From: Lytechinus pictus
Lineage: Eukaryota
Direction: 5' to 3'
DNA length: 64,000 nucleotides
Assembly: GCF_037042905.1 (NCBI RefSeq)
Contig: NC_087252.1
Span: forward strand, 7,938,001-8,002,000
This document shows, piece after piece, positions 51,183 to 64,000 of the stretch (positions within the stretch are counted from its first letter, which is position 1; the number at the start of each line of letters is the position of its first letter). A program made the translations under genes and the position numbers. The notes below the pieces were generated by a model. That model had not been told where the DNA came from. It saw only the letters and a program-made list of their open reading frames with translations, and made no database searches.

Positions 51183-51716
51183 CACTTCCATTCAAGAGTG
51201 GATACCATGCGCGACCATGGGGTCTCGAAAAGCACCCTAAACACGTAATTTCCATATTCTGAAAATGCGCCCCTTAACAAGTATTGGCGCGTGAAACCCT
51301 ACCCTTAACAAGAATTGGTAACAAAACGATACTCTTGGCAAATGTTCCCTGAAATGAACCCCTAAACAAGTACAGGAATGTTTTATTGTTACGGGTCCTT
51401 CGGTCGTCGGCTTTACCTTATTTGGTTTAGTACGACCCCACCTTCTACACCTCGCGCAAATCGTGACTCTAAATACGAAGTGTTGGGGCAAAAAGGACAT
51501 CCTTTATAAAACATTTTAATTTTGTTTTATCATCCCCGCGAATTCGACCCTAAACACGTAATTTTCCTAGCGAAATAGATACCCTTTTTTCATTATTTTT
51601 GTGTTTTTGACACCCTTATCACGTTACGTACATAACGTGCCCTATCGTGAAAAAGACATCCTTTTTACGTGTTTTTTTTTTTTGTCGCGCATGGTATCCA
51701 CTCGTCAATGTAAGTG
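51183..51716. mobile_element. MITE with ~33-bp imperfect TIRs containing GTGGATACCATGCG
   Basis: 51183-51215 cacttccattcaagagtggataccatgcgcgac is inverted at 51684-51716. Confidence 0.8.
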
Positions 51717-52491
51717 CCCCCCCCCCGCGGGGTTCAAACAAGGACAGAAAATGAGCTATGCCTATATTATACGAATCGCTTCATATTTATCCTCCTAAAC
51801 ATTCAGAATCCATGTCATATTCATCATAATCTCTAGATTTATAGAGAAAAAAAACAGCAAAAATATTGCTCTACAATTCTAAAAAGAAGGGTATATACAT
51901 GTATATATTATTTTAATTATACGAACCAAAAGTCCAGTTTTCTGTCTTATAATTTACTGTGAAAATCACAAGAATTTGATTTAAAAAAAAATAGGTAGGC
52001 CTGTACAATTTTTCTTTTAATTAAAAAAGAAACAAAAATAGAATTGACAAGAAAGGAAGAATATAAAAGAGAAAAGAAAAATATATTTAAAAAAAAAATA
52101 GAAAAGAAAGGAGAAAAACAACGTAAAGGAAAAGGAAAAGTGTTTAAACAAGGACAAAAAAATGAGCTATATGCCTGTATTGTCTTGAAAATGATTTTTT
52201 TTAAATAAGATGACTGAGACACGTACTGCACTGGGCCATGTTAAACCAAGAAAATAATATAAACCAACAAAATTCTACTTTTAGTTAACGACAGATCGAC
52301 CGACTGAAATGTGGATGAAAATATTTTCTGATTCTCCCTTCTTTTCCCCCTTTTCGCGAAAGGTGCATGGATCCTCCCCTGTATAACATACCCCCACGAC
52401 TCTCCCTCCTTCCACCCCCCCCCCCTTTGGCGAAAGCTGGATACTCCCCTGTACCCCCTCTCCCGTATCCACAAGCATTATCCCAGCTGCC

Positions 52492-52772
52492 CGTATCCTC
52501 GTATCCACGCATGGTATCCACGTATCCGCGTATCTTCGTATCCATGTATCCAGTTATCAGTACGGTAGTAGTATCCACGTATCCGCGTATCCACGTATCC
52601 TCGTATCCATGTATCCAGTTATCAGTACGGTAGTAGTATCCACGTATCCGCGTATCCACGTATCTTCGTATCCATGTATCCATTTATCAGTACGGTAGTA
52701 GTATCCACGTATCCCAGTATCCACGTATCCTCGTATCCATGTGTATCCACGTATCTTAGTATCCATGTATCC
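52492..52772 (-). repeat. Inverted GGATAC 8-mer array with a 65-bp higher-order unit
   Basis: gtatccac/gtatccgc units; spacer ttatcagtacggtagta at 52554, 52619, 52684. Confidence 0.93.
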
Positions 52773-53225
52773 GCTTTTATCTCAAAAACGTAATTTCTAA
52801 AAAAGTTAACAAGTACCGGTACGTCGTATCCGTTGTTTTCTCGTTTTAAAATCTAGAGATTTTTGTAATCGATTCATGACATTGGATTCTAAAGGTAAGC
52901 CAATTTTATGAAGAATCTATCCATGGCTTGACACATACAGAAAGTTTAGGGTATATTTTTAGTTTTCCATGTGTCTAGTCATGGCATAAATTGTTAAAGT
53001 GTCACACTTGCGTCTGTGTTAGCAGACTACACGTATGAGCCCTTGGACGAATTTTTCACAATATTGTAGTCTGTAAATGTAGACTTTTTCAAGAGCTATC
53101 ATAAAGGCCCAACACGGTCGTGTGCCCAAAAATTTGACTTAATTTAGTCTTTAAAGTTACATCTACTTGATATGACGATATTCGACTAAACTCTGACATT
53201 ACTTCAAGCTCTTTCGTTTTCTTAA

Positions 53226-53824
53226 AGGTCAAATCCACCCCAGAAAACCGTTGATTCGAATAAATAAAGAAAAATTCAAACTAGCACATAACGCTGAAAA
53301 ATTCATCAAAATCGGATGTAAAATAAGAAAGTGATGACATATTAACATTTCGCTTATTTGTCACAAAACAGTGATATGCACAACTCAGTGACAGGCAAAT
53401 GGGACAGCCGATGATGTCCATCGCTCACTATTTATTTTGTTATTTATTGTTTGATTTATACAATATTTTATTTATTACAGATTTGATAATTAAGGACCAA
53501 CTTCTCTGAACCATATAGTATTAAACAATGCCGATTCCACATGTTTAGGGAGGAAATAATCATTGTTTCACGTGACAATGAGGAGAAAATTAAAATATTT
53601 CATATAATATAATACAAAAGAAATAGTGAGTGGATGATGTCATCAGTCTCCTCATTTGCATACCGAACAGGATGTGCATATAACTGTTTTGTGAAATTAA
53701 GTGAAACTTTAAAATGTCATAACTTTCTTATTTTACATCCGATTTTGATGAAATTTTCAGTGTTGGGTTTGTTTGATTTTTCTCTTTTTATTCAAATAAA
53801 TTTTTGTTGAGGTGGACTTGTCTT
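53226..53824. mobile_element. Same TTAA/Kolobok-like MITE family
   Basis: TTAA flanks and shared arms. Confidence 0.8.
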
Positions 53825-54432
53825 TTAATGACAAAAGTCCCTTCCCACGCATTGCTTGTAGAAGGCCCTATAAATAGGGCCGGGCGTTTCATCTTATTCA
53901 TTTGGATTTTGTAAAAATAGAAGGTTTAATTGATTACGATTAATTATGCATGCTCAGCTGAATGAATTATGTGAGTCGACAAACAGAAATGAGCTTATAA
54001 ATAAGCACAAAGCTGCCCGATCCCGAGTAAATATAAGATCAGCACAAAGGTGCCCGACTCCGAGTAACCGCCCCCCCCCCCCGACACCACCTATACCGGG
54101 ATGTCATTCCATCATGGCCAACAACATTCGTCCATGCATGGATTCTCAATAAGAACCCTCAAAAGGTTATCTCGTTCTCAGATCGAGGAGGCCCTATTCC
54201 CGCCCTGGCAAATATTTATCTGAATCATTAAGACTGAGGCCTATATAGGTTTTTTTTCTCCTCTTATCTCACCATTTAAAAGCGGTGGTTTCTTTTACAT
54301 GATAAAAACTGACCATGTATATAGCGTAATATATCCCCCTTTCTCTTTCGTCTACACTTACCCCATCTATAGGAACAACTCTCAGAAGGCCATGTTTTGG
54401 GGAAAGCTAGGCTCTCTCGAATGAATGACAAG

Positions 54433-54695
54433 CACTAGCGTACCTACGGGAGGGGGCAGACTGCCCCTGACGAGTCACAACCCATGCAAGGGACATATCC
54501 CTGCCCCCCCCCCCTGACGAGTCTTGAAGACCTAATTTTTTTTAAAAATTTTTTTGCTTGTCAAATTTTTCTCTGGTATATACGAAATTCGTTATTTGTG
54601 GTTGACCTTTTTTTTTTTTTTTTTTTTTTTTGCTTGTCAATTTTTTTGGAGGACGAATTTGCCCCCCCCTGTGGAAAATCCTAGGTACGCCACTG
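54433..54695. mobile_element. hAT-like MITE with perfect 8-bp TSD atgacaag
   Basis: atgacaag at 54425 and 54696; gcgtaccta / taggtacgc TIR. Confidence 0.85.
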
Positions 54696-55103
54696 ATGAC
54701 AAGCATCACAAAAGGGATACCGAGGAAGAGCTAAACCATACTATCTGTAATAGCTCCATGCTCTGTTAATAGCTCTATGCTATAACTTACCATTATTAAT
54801 TAAATATCTTTGAATAGTAATAAAAAAAACTTTTTTAAGATAAAGAATCAACGCGAATTTCTATTGATAGCAAAGCTCGAGAACGACTATCATAACTATA
54901 TAGGGCACTTTTTTCCGACAAAAATATTTTTCGCCAATTATCTTCATTAAATTATGCTGACCTTCACAATATTTCTTTGGTTTTAGAAAGTATCCCCTCC
55001 CTCCAAGTTTTAAACCTAATATATTTTCAGTAGTAGCCCTGAATTTAATACTGACTGACACGTACACCTTACATGACTCTAATCCAATTAGTATAGGGTC
55101 TAC

Positions 55104-55294
55104 CAGGGGCGGATCCAGGATTTTCAAAAAAAAAAAAGATTAATAAAACAAAAAATGGTCTTCACTTTCAAGGGGGGGGGGGGGCACACTTCTGTTTCAA
55201 CGGCATTTTTACATTACAAATTTTACTTTTGCTTCTCAAGGGGGGGGGGGGGGCACAGGCCGGCTGTGCCCCCCCCCCCCTGGATTCGCCCGTG
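55104..55294. mobile_element. hAT-like MITE caggggcggatccagg...cctggattcgcccgtg
   Basis: TIR; near-perfect 8-bp TSD gggtctac/ggatctac; relative at ~41133-41380. Confidence 0.72.
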
Positions 55295-57266
55295 GGATCT
55301 ACTGTAATAAAAAATATGAAAAGGAAGAGACATTTCTTTTACAGTATAGGTGTACCAAAACTTTTGTGCGCTTGTGATTTTTTTATCTATACACCAACAA
55401 CCCGCTATATATATTTCTCAACATCTCTTCAACTATATAATGAGGGCCTTCTCTAAACTGAAAGTACTGAACTAATTTAAGCCGTTTTTATTAATATAAC
55501 ATAATTTTGATTGGCGCATAATGAGAGCGCCCAAATCAACAACAACATTCAGAAGACAACCCCTTCTCCGGTGAGGGGGGGGGGGGTCGATATGTGTCCC
55601 AGATGTGTCTGAGCTAGGGCAACTGCTCCTATGATTTTACAAGTCAAGAATATGGGGAGAAAATATGGAAAATGAGGAAAAAAATTGAAGTAAGGAAGCT
55701 GGGACACCCTTTTAGGTCATATAATGCATGCCTCCTGTCAAACTACCCTGGAGCCGCCCTATTACTCTTCGTATAGGCCTATATTGATCGATTGTAATAC
55801 TTGTGAAAGAAGGCATAATCCAGACAGGGGGGGGGGTTTACAGGGGTTCGACCCCCTTAAATTTTTTGATATACCCACCCCCCGAAAAAAAATTGAAGAC
55901 TTTTTTTTTTCATATTTGCATGTCATTTTTTTTGGCAGGTACAAAACGACTAAAACTTTGTGGTGAAGACTTTTTAATTGTCAATTTTTTTTGGTAGGAA
56001 ATGACCTAAAATTTGTGGTGAAGTACACCGTTTTTTTTTTTTGGGGGGGGGTGTCAACATTTCATTCAGCCGTGCATACCTACTGCCTACAAGCATTTAT
56101 ATCCTTTATTGCAAAAACCATGTTGGGTTAATTGACCAGACGCTGGTGAGACAACTCCTCAAAATTTCAGTGCTTCCAAGGGCTTACAGATTGGGGCTCT
56201 TGGCCTCTGCCCCCCCCCCCCCGAAATAAGTTTTTACGACCAAGAAAAAGGAAAGAAAATTAAAGGGATAAGGGTGATATATGATTTTATTTTCAGAATA
56301 TTATGTCAAAATCTATCACAAACTTGAATGTTTGAAACAAAAATGTCGAATTCATTTTGCTCGCTCGCTTACGCAGTACGCCATATTGAGCCCCCTCAAA
56401 AATTTTGGCTCATACGCCACTGATTGCTTCTGTCCCTTTCCCGCCAAAATCATGCCCTGGTTTGCTTGAAAAGAAAGCCTCCGATAGGGGGTACATTATT
56501 GAAACCACCAACTGTATTGGTCAATTACAGTCCGTCAAGTCCAATTAACTAATCGTATTGTATTTCTGTGGTCAAGTATCGAGGGATGCTTGAATGCTTC
56601 CATCATGTCCGTGAAGGAATTATGAACAAAAGCCATTGTTCTACTAGTCTGTCTGCAAGACCAATAAGGGTATAAAGCCAATTTCACATTACATGTACAT
56701 CACTTGTACCGGACTTGTGGCATCAGCAAAATTACACATTTCTGCGCAATTTTGTTGTTCCAGGCCGTAGTGCTTTGCCGTGAAAACGTGGGTGCAAGCA
56801 ACTTTTTTGTGTAATGGGGTCTGTATCAATAGACTATACCAACCCATGCCGCATGCATATGCATGAGCCAAGTGCAGCTTTAGCTGCGCGCGCAATTTTA
56901 TATTATGCAATGCCATGTGATAGCTTGCTGGATTTTTGTGAAGGAGCTGGATGGAGTGGAAATCATATTTTTCCAATTAGCCTTTGCAATTAGAGGTGTG
57001 TTGGTGTTTAGCTCCATGGCAGGACTAGGTAAGTAAGATACCTTTTATAGCATTAATTTGTTTGACTCATCGAATCACGAAAGCAAACGTACCAAATTAT
57101 ATTCTATTCAACATTTACTTCCACTGACTTGGTGGTCATGGCGGTAATGACATTTCGCTTGGGGTGCGAAAGCACATTACTAATAATGTGCTTTCGCACC
57201 CCAAGGCCAAGCGAAATAAGTCAGTGCTTTAAAACGTACTCGCCGTGTTGACCCCGATTTTTTTCA

Positions 57267-57877
57267 AGGTCAAGTCCACCCCAGAAAAATGTTGATTTGA
57301 ATAAATATAGAAAAATCAAACTAGCAAAACGCTGAAAATTTCATCAAAATCGGATATAAAATAAGAAAGTTATGACATTATAAAGTTTTGCTTTTTTTTC
57401 ACAAAACAGTGATAATATATGCACAACTCAAATGAGACAGTCGATGATGTCCCTCACTCACTAAAGACACTATTTCTTTTGTTTTTTACTGTTTGAATTA
57501 TACAATATTTTATTTTTTATAGATTTGACAAGTAAGGACCAACTTGACTTAATCATATAATGTTAAACAATGCTCATTCCATATGTTCAGGGAGGAATTA
57601 ATTGTTGTTTCACTTGGCAATGAGGAGAAAAATAGAATATTCCCGATTTCATATAATAAAATACAAAAGAAATAGTGAGTGGATGACGTCATCAGTCTCC
57701 TCATTTGCATAACCACCAGGATGTGCACATAACTGTTTTGTGAAATTAAGCGAAACTTGATAATGTCATAACTTTCTTATTTTACATCCGATTTTGATGA
57801 AATTTTCAGTGTTATTATGCTTGTAGTATTTTTCTCTTTTTATTCAAATCAACTTTTTGTTGGGGTGGACTTGTCCT
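57267..57877. mobile_element. Same Kolobok-like MITE family; partial copies at ~45591, ~46940 and ~58860-59175
   Basis: aggtcaagtccacccc ... ggggtggacttgtcct termini. Confidence 0.78.
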
Positions 57878-60239
57878 TTCAGCTATATTCTCGGTGGTCT
57901 CGAGTTGGGTGCGAAAGTGCACTAGGGATGAGAAGGGAAGGGCGTTTGCAATTTGGCACCGGCACCCGGGGTTTCCGTTTGGCAATACCAGACTATTTTT
58001 GACTTGCTTGGGTTTGAGTAATTTTCTCCTATTTTCTCTTTTTAGTCTAGACTCTATAGATATCTAGCTTGTTTGCACATAAATGCTAGATTGTTGCTAA
58101 ATTTCAAATAAAGTGATGACTCTTAATTCTTTAAATTTTATTGCCAATAAATTTAAAGAATTAAGTCAAACTTTGGTCTAAATACATCATGTATATGAAC
58201 CAGGCAAGTTTCTCTCGAGGCCAAGTCAGGGTAATTTTGGGCAAGAGTTCCATATGCACTCCCACTAAAATTGAAAATGAAATGGAGAAGGCTCAGAATA
58301 ATATATTTAGCCATAATATAGAACATATATGATGGGGGAGTGGAAATAAATACCAAAATATGGCTTTATTCCGTCAAATTTCGAGCAGGATCTAGTGCGT
58401 GTAATTGTCCATAGACATCGGTTTATTTAGTCAGTAAAGGGTCTGTGAGTCAAGACTAGTCGAACTACGTCTGAAAATCATTAAAATACCCTTACCAGTA
58501 TCAGCGCTTCTCGCTAGCATAGCGGGAAGAGGTCTTGACTGCAGATAAAACGAGGTGAGTTCGAGTCTCAACTAAGGTGAGCAACAGTTAAAAATGATAG
58601 AAAAATCTGAAGTGAACGAACCGGAAGTCTCGACAATCTTGTTATTTTTGGTGGGGGGTGCATATGGAACTCTTTCCTAATTTTGGTAAATCATATAGTA
58701 TGCAAATTGCATATGATTCAATTTTCTCATGGTTTGGGACTTACATTTCCCTTTATTGTAGATAAGAATATGATATTGAATTTCAAACCTTTAATCATCT
58801 TATAATGGAATTGGCAAATTGCTGGAAAGAGAATGTTTCATTTTATTTGGCAATTAGGATGAACATGACTTAACCATGTAGTATCAAACATTGCTAATTC
58901 CACAGGGAGGAATTAATCATTTCACTTGACAATGAGGAGAAAATCAGAATATTTCATGTAATAAAATACAAAAGAAATAGTGGATGACGTCATTAGTCTC
59001 CTCATTTGCATACTGAGAAGGATGTGCATATCACTGTTTGTGAAATTAAGCAAAACTTTATAAATGTCATAACTTCTTATTTCACATCCAATTTTGATGA
59101 CATTTTCAGTGTTATGATTGTCAGATTTTTCTCTTTTTATTCAAATCAACTTTTTGTTGGGGTGGAATTGTCCTTTAAATGATATTATAATTATTGGCAT
59201 GCCACCTCTGACATTTATCAAACGAGGGGGGCATCTAATAAAGATTTCCATCCAACAAGTCAGAACTGAAAAACTTGCCCTGATTTTGATTGGCTGAGAA
59301 GCGCTGTTATTATGGTAAGTTTGTCAGATAACACAGCTGACAAGCCTTTCATGAAAGGCTCCCCTGGCCCCAACAAAAGTGGCATGAAATGAATGTGTTT
59401 GCCTTATAGGGCAATTCTATAAAATATGTACGTCCGACCCCATATATGTGTGACCTTCATGAAATTATCCGTCTCTGATTTCTGGTTCTTATGACAGTCT
59501 GTAATGCTCTCAAATGACCATGACTTGGTCAGTTTATAAAATGAAGTATAATAATTGAGAAAAATTCGGGTCAAATGTACGAAAAGATTGATACTTTTTT
59601 AAAATATGGAATTGCCCCTTATTGACTCGGCACTAATACCTGGGGAGAAAAGTATCTGAATTTCTGACATTTTATTTTCAACTTTTTTGTGTGTGTGCTT
59701 TTATTGTTCACCACAGGTGCTCACCATTTGGGTCTACTCAAGGTCCTTTGTGAATCTTTCACAGAGTATTACGTGTAATAAAGCTGAAGATGGCTATATG
59801 AGGCAATCAGAAACAGACTGAATCAGTCCCCACCTCTACCTCAACAAGTTGGCAAGACGAGTGTACAGAAATACCTTACATTCTACATGGCAATAGCTCT
59901 GGAAATACGAGGTACCTTTGGTAAATCAGATGATCAAATACCATGTAGTAGTGGAGGTATTCCAAGAGAGCAGTGGACAGTCCATTGAGGGATTAGTTGT
60001 CATGCAAGGTGAAAGATAAGCAGATAGAAGGAAAGGATAATCTGGATTAGGTCTCTGGATCTAACAATGACATTACTCAGGGGAGCATTTAGTGAAAGGA
60101 CTTGTCAGACTTATTATCTGACTGTTTTTATCCAACTGTTACCATAGTAACAGTGCTTCTCGGCCAATCAGAATGAAGAAAAGATGTCAGATCTGACAGC
60201 TCGTCAGACCAAAATATTGATGAAATCGTCCCCTGATCA

Positions 60240-60930
60240 TCAAGGAGTGAAGAAGTTTTATAGTCACTTTGTATTCCTCATAATTCTCTTAAATCTGATG
60301 AAGCAAGTTTTTCATCCACATACAAGATGACGATGTGTCTGATGACATGGGCTTGGAGTGTAAAAGTCCTCTGAAAAAAGTCTTTTGCTAGGTTTCCAAG
60401 ATGGGGAACAATGGTCCAATGTTGAGTCAGACAATGTAATTGATGTTGAAGACTTTTTATAGGTATTCGTTAACCTTTTGGAAAATACTTGTGACAATTC
60501 ACAATCAAATATTGAGCATGGAAGAGGCAAAAAATTGTCTGAGTGACCTGAAGAGCATGTCTGAGTGATGGTTTTAAAACCATGGACACCGATATAGTGA
60601 CCGATAACTGCAATTGTTCCACAAGATCAGGAGCTCGACCCAAAGGCAGAAATGGGATGGAGGATGTTGATGTTGGACGTGGTCAATGAAGACAACAGTC
60701 TGCAGGAGTTGGCCCTCTAGATTGGACAAGGCTCTGGAAATACATAGAGGTATTGATAAGCAGTTTCTGCACCCCAATTTAGCTAATAAATAGAGACAAA
60801 TCGTACCATCGTGTTGCTGAAAATGCTATAACACAAGATGTCAAGAGAAAAATATTTGCATTTCTGAAAAACAAAATTGGTGTTTTGTTGAAAGAAAGGG
60901 CTGTGTCATTAAATCACCAGATAATATAGG
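60240..60930 (+). pseudogene. Possible decayed coding sequence, unidentified
   Basis: Long stretches with only sparse stops (IQDDDVSDDMGLECKSPLKK; MDTDIVTDNCNCSTRSGARPKGRNGMEDVDVG; WTRLWKYIEVL); no homolog recognised. Confidence 0.3.
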
Positions 60931-63900
60931 GATATTGTGAGGAATTTTTTTTTTTTTTTTTGCTTTCATGAAATGTTTTTCTCATGGTAGTAACCTTTGA
61001 CTTGTGAGGCTGAAAGCATCAGTTTTTTTGTCTCAGATGGCATAGTTGCTGATGTTGAACGATGAAGTTTTAGAATGGCATTGTTTATGGTGGAGAGAGC
61101 TGTATCAAGAAGTGCACCATCTACATGCACAGTATGACAAAAGGTCTGCAGCCTCAAAAGGGAGCAAAGGTTTTGTAAAGTTAGTATATTCATGTAGGGA
61201 TATTCCTTTGGAAATGAGACTTTATATATTGTAATTTTGTCAATTACTGACCAATAATCAATTTTCAACCAGTCATTTTAGCAAATGATTTTTATTCATG
61301 CAAAGTATACAAACACTCCGTGATCAAGTTTGTTGGATTCTTTGCAAAAGCTTTTCTTGTTTACCCACTACTGGAATGATATATATTTTGTTTTCCATAT
61401 TTGAACAGAGTCTTTGGCAAAATGATGTGCGAGGATTGAGCTTGCTGGATAGAGATAGAGAGAAACTGCCATGCTATTCTTGGGATTTCATCGAATCTTG
61501 GAAAAAGGGTGCCCTCATGTAAGACGGCGCCCGGAAACATTTGAGTGACGTTTGACTGAGCAGCTGGAGAAATGTCGAGCACTACAAGGTTTCCAGTAAG
61601 TGGCCAAGCATGGGACATTCCAGGCACAAGATAAGTACGCCCTCACCGATGACAGACAGACCAAGCTTCCAAATGTCACATTGCAAGAGTAGCCCAGGTT
61701 TCTGAATTATATATATAATTAAGAGCGGGGGAAGGGGGGGGGGGTAGTTTATTTAAAAAAATCACATTTTAATGTGTGCATGGTTTTAGTTTGCATTTTG
61801 TAGTATTTAGTGAAATGTAGAGGCTATCTCCCTTAAATGCAATTGTTTAGACCAATATTTATGGGTGATATTTAAAACAGGGTTGGCCTATAAAGTGGGA
61901 AATACTAGAAGTAAATACAAATACTGCCTCAATAATTTGGAAATGCAGGGAAATAGTAAGAAAGTTTCTTCTTGAATATTTTCCTTGTATCGTTGAGGTG
62001 TTTCTCAAGCATGTTCTAGCATTTTCCTATACCACCCTTACCATCCTAGTGCTTCCCAGCATTTTTTCCCCCCAGTATTTCCCTCCTGGTTGGGACTTAA
62101 TTTTCCCAGGAAATTGCCAACCCTATGATTGTAAGTCCTGGGTCCCGTAACACAAACGTTAGCAATTAATCGTACGCTTGATTTTCACGATGAATTGTAC
62201 ATTGCAGTCAATGCTAAACTTTGTATTGCAGGCCCAGGTCTAACTCTATACTAAACCATCATTGAAAGAGGCGGATTAGTGTGATTAGAGTCACACTTAA
62301 ATATTGATTTAAAAAAAGAAAGATAATATTCCAAAGAATTCATTGAAATCTAATTCATTTTTTAGTTCTCAGACAACACAACCTATAGACTCAGGGGACC
62401 TACATGTATTGCAACCCTAATTTTTGTTACACAATTCCTAAGTGTGCTTCTGTTTGATTGGTAAGAAATCAAGTTATCATTGGTATTTATTTTTTTTTGT
62501 TAAAAGCTTGCTCTTTTGAAAAGAGGGAGATGAAAACAAAGGCCATGACCAGAAACTAAACGGTTAGATGAGATCATGAGATTGCCAAAAAGGAGATTTG
62601 TCTTCATTGTTTTTTAAACCACTACTGATATGAAGGTTTAGAAGCCCAGTAGTCAACCGGTAGACAAGCGATTGGAACCTTGCAAATGCATCATCTCAAG
62701 CATGCTCTTGCGATAGCGACTAGCCAATGTACTGTAATTTTTGTTAATTGTCACGTATAGTAACAAAACTTGCCCAACATTGGCTAGTCCGAAGCATGAG
62801 TATTATCGTACTTGATCACCATTGGCTGGTTTAAATTCTGATACGCCCTACAGAGGGCAACTCCTATTTGAATATTCATGATTTTATGCCACATACAGAA
62901 CAAAGCATTATGTCAGCCACATGGTCAAGCAAAAGTGTACCATGCATTCAGCTATAATGCGGAGCCCCCTCCCCATTAACGTAATGACAATGGCTCGAGA
63001 CGAGTCTCCAAATGTCAACAACATACACGCTCGTCTTCTTTCTAACACACCATAACACTTGTATCTCTCTGACTGGTCTGTAATTCCATAAACGGGGCGT
63101 TTGAGACATTTTAAATAATTTTGATCACTTGAAACCTTCTAAAAAAAAATTTGAAAATTAATCTGAAGACTAACAATTTCAGTTCACACAATCCACTGCA
63201 TAAAATGTAATGTCAGAAAAAAGGAATATATTATGCAGTACCCATTATTAGACCTTTACACAATGAAAAAAAAATCATGTTTTAAAATGCATTAACTTAT
63301 ATGAATATATATGAAACAAAATGAAATTAAAAGTGCATGTGTATATAATGAAATGAGACTGAATAAAAAAAACGGAGGACAGAAAAACCGAATTGTCAAA
63401 GTTAAAATACCGGTATATATTACATGGTTATTTTAAAAAGCATGTTCATTTTTTGCATAAATTACTAGAAAAGAGCACTTTCTTGATAGTTTCATTTTTT
63501 TAGCTGCTCAAAGTTTCATACATGTAAAATGATGAGGAAGTTTGTTTTCTAGCATGATTGTGCTTCTTTGATGTTGGTCATACAGTCATGGCCTATCTTT
63601 GGTTAGACACCGGGTAAATTCAAAGTGTCAGTACAGTATTTGCAATTATTCACAAGAAAAATTGTTTTGGAGTGAATTTGGTACTGGTGCTTCAGCCTCG
63701 ATTATACACACAGAACATTGACAAACTGTTCTGCATACCTTTTGATTAATTATTAAGGATTTCAAACACTCTATCCAGTGGCAGACACTTTCCTTAAATA
63801 GCCACCTGGAAGATTAGAAGTATGGTTCCATTTAAGGTCGTCCCGTATCCTCTCTTCTGGCCTGCAACACCTTTTGACACTTTCCCTTGACACCTTTTAC

Positions 63901-64000
63901 ACTTTCCTTTGACACCTTGAAGATTTGCTGTCCTATTCCATTTAATGTAAAGTCATGTTGCATCCTCTTTTTTTTCTCCCAGGATGCCAGTTGCCATACC

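Larger units (their letters stand above)
43824..52897. mobile_element. ~9-kb foldback-like non-autonomous TIR element with subterminal GGATAC arrays
   Basis: 43824-43860 TACCTTTAGAATCCAATGTCATGAATCGATTACAAAA is the exact reverse complement of 52861-52897; inverted GGATAC arrays lie inside both ends; no transposase ORF. Confidence 0.75.

Noticed and set aside
56689..56976. 95-aa ORF on -
   Set aside because: Non-ATG start, no recognisable domain and no convincing exon partners.

Overview
AT-rich, repeat-dense eukaryotic genomic DNA with spliceosomal GT-AG introns; the repeat landscape suggests a marine invertebrate, probably a sea urchin (inference). Two protein-coding genes can be reconstructed by hand with phase-consistent exons. 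(1) The last five exons (about 393 aa) of a CYP2-clan cytochrome P450 on + (4571-8269); its 5' exons were not found and are probably outside the window. (2) A complete 13-exon FBXL18-like F-box/LRR gene on - (43556-21185, 690 aa). The rest is largely tRNA-derived SINEs, MITEs (TA-, TTAA- and 8-bp-TSD classes), Helentron-like elements with internal tandem arrays, and microsatellites, often nested. The most striking structure is a ~9-kb foldback-like element (43824-52897) just upstream of the FBXL18 start. It has perfect 37-bp terminal inverted repeats and, inside each end, inverted higher-order arrays of a GGATAC(G/T)(T/C) 8-mer, but no visible transposase. Family assignments come from recalled motifs, not database searches.
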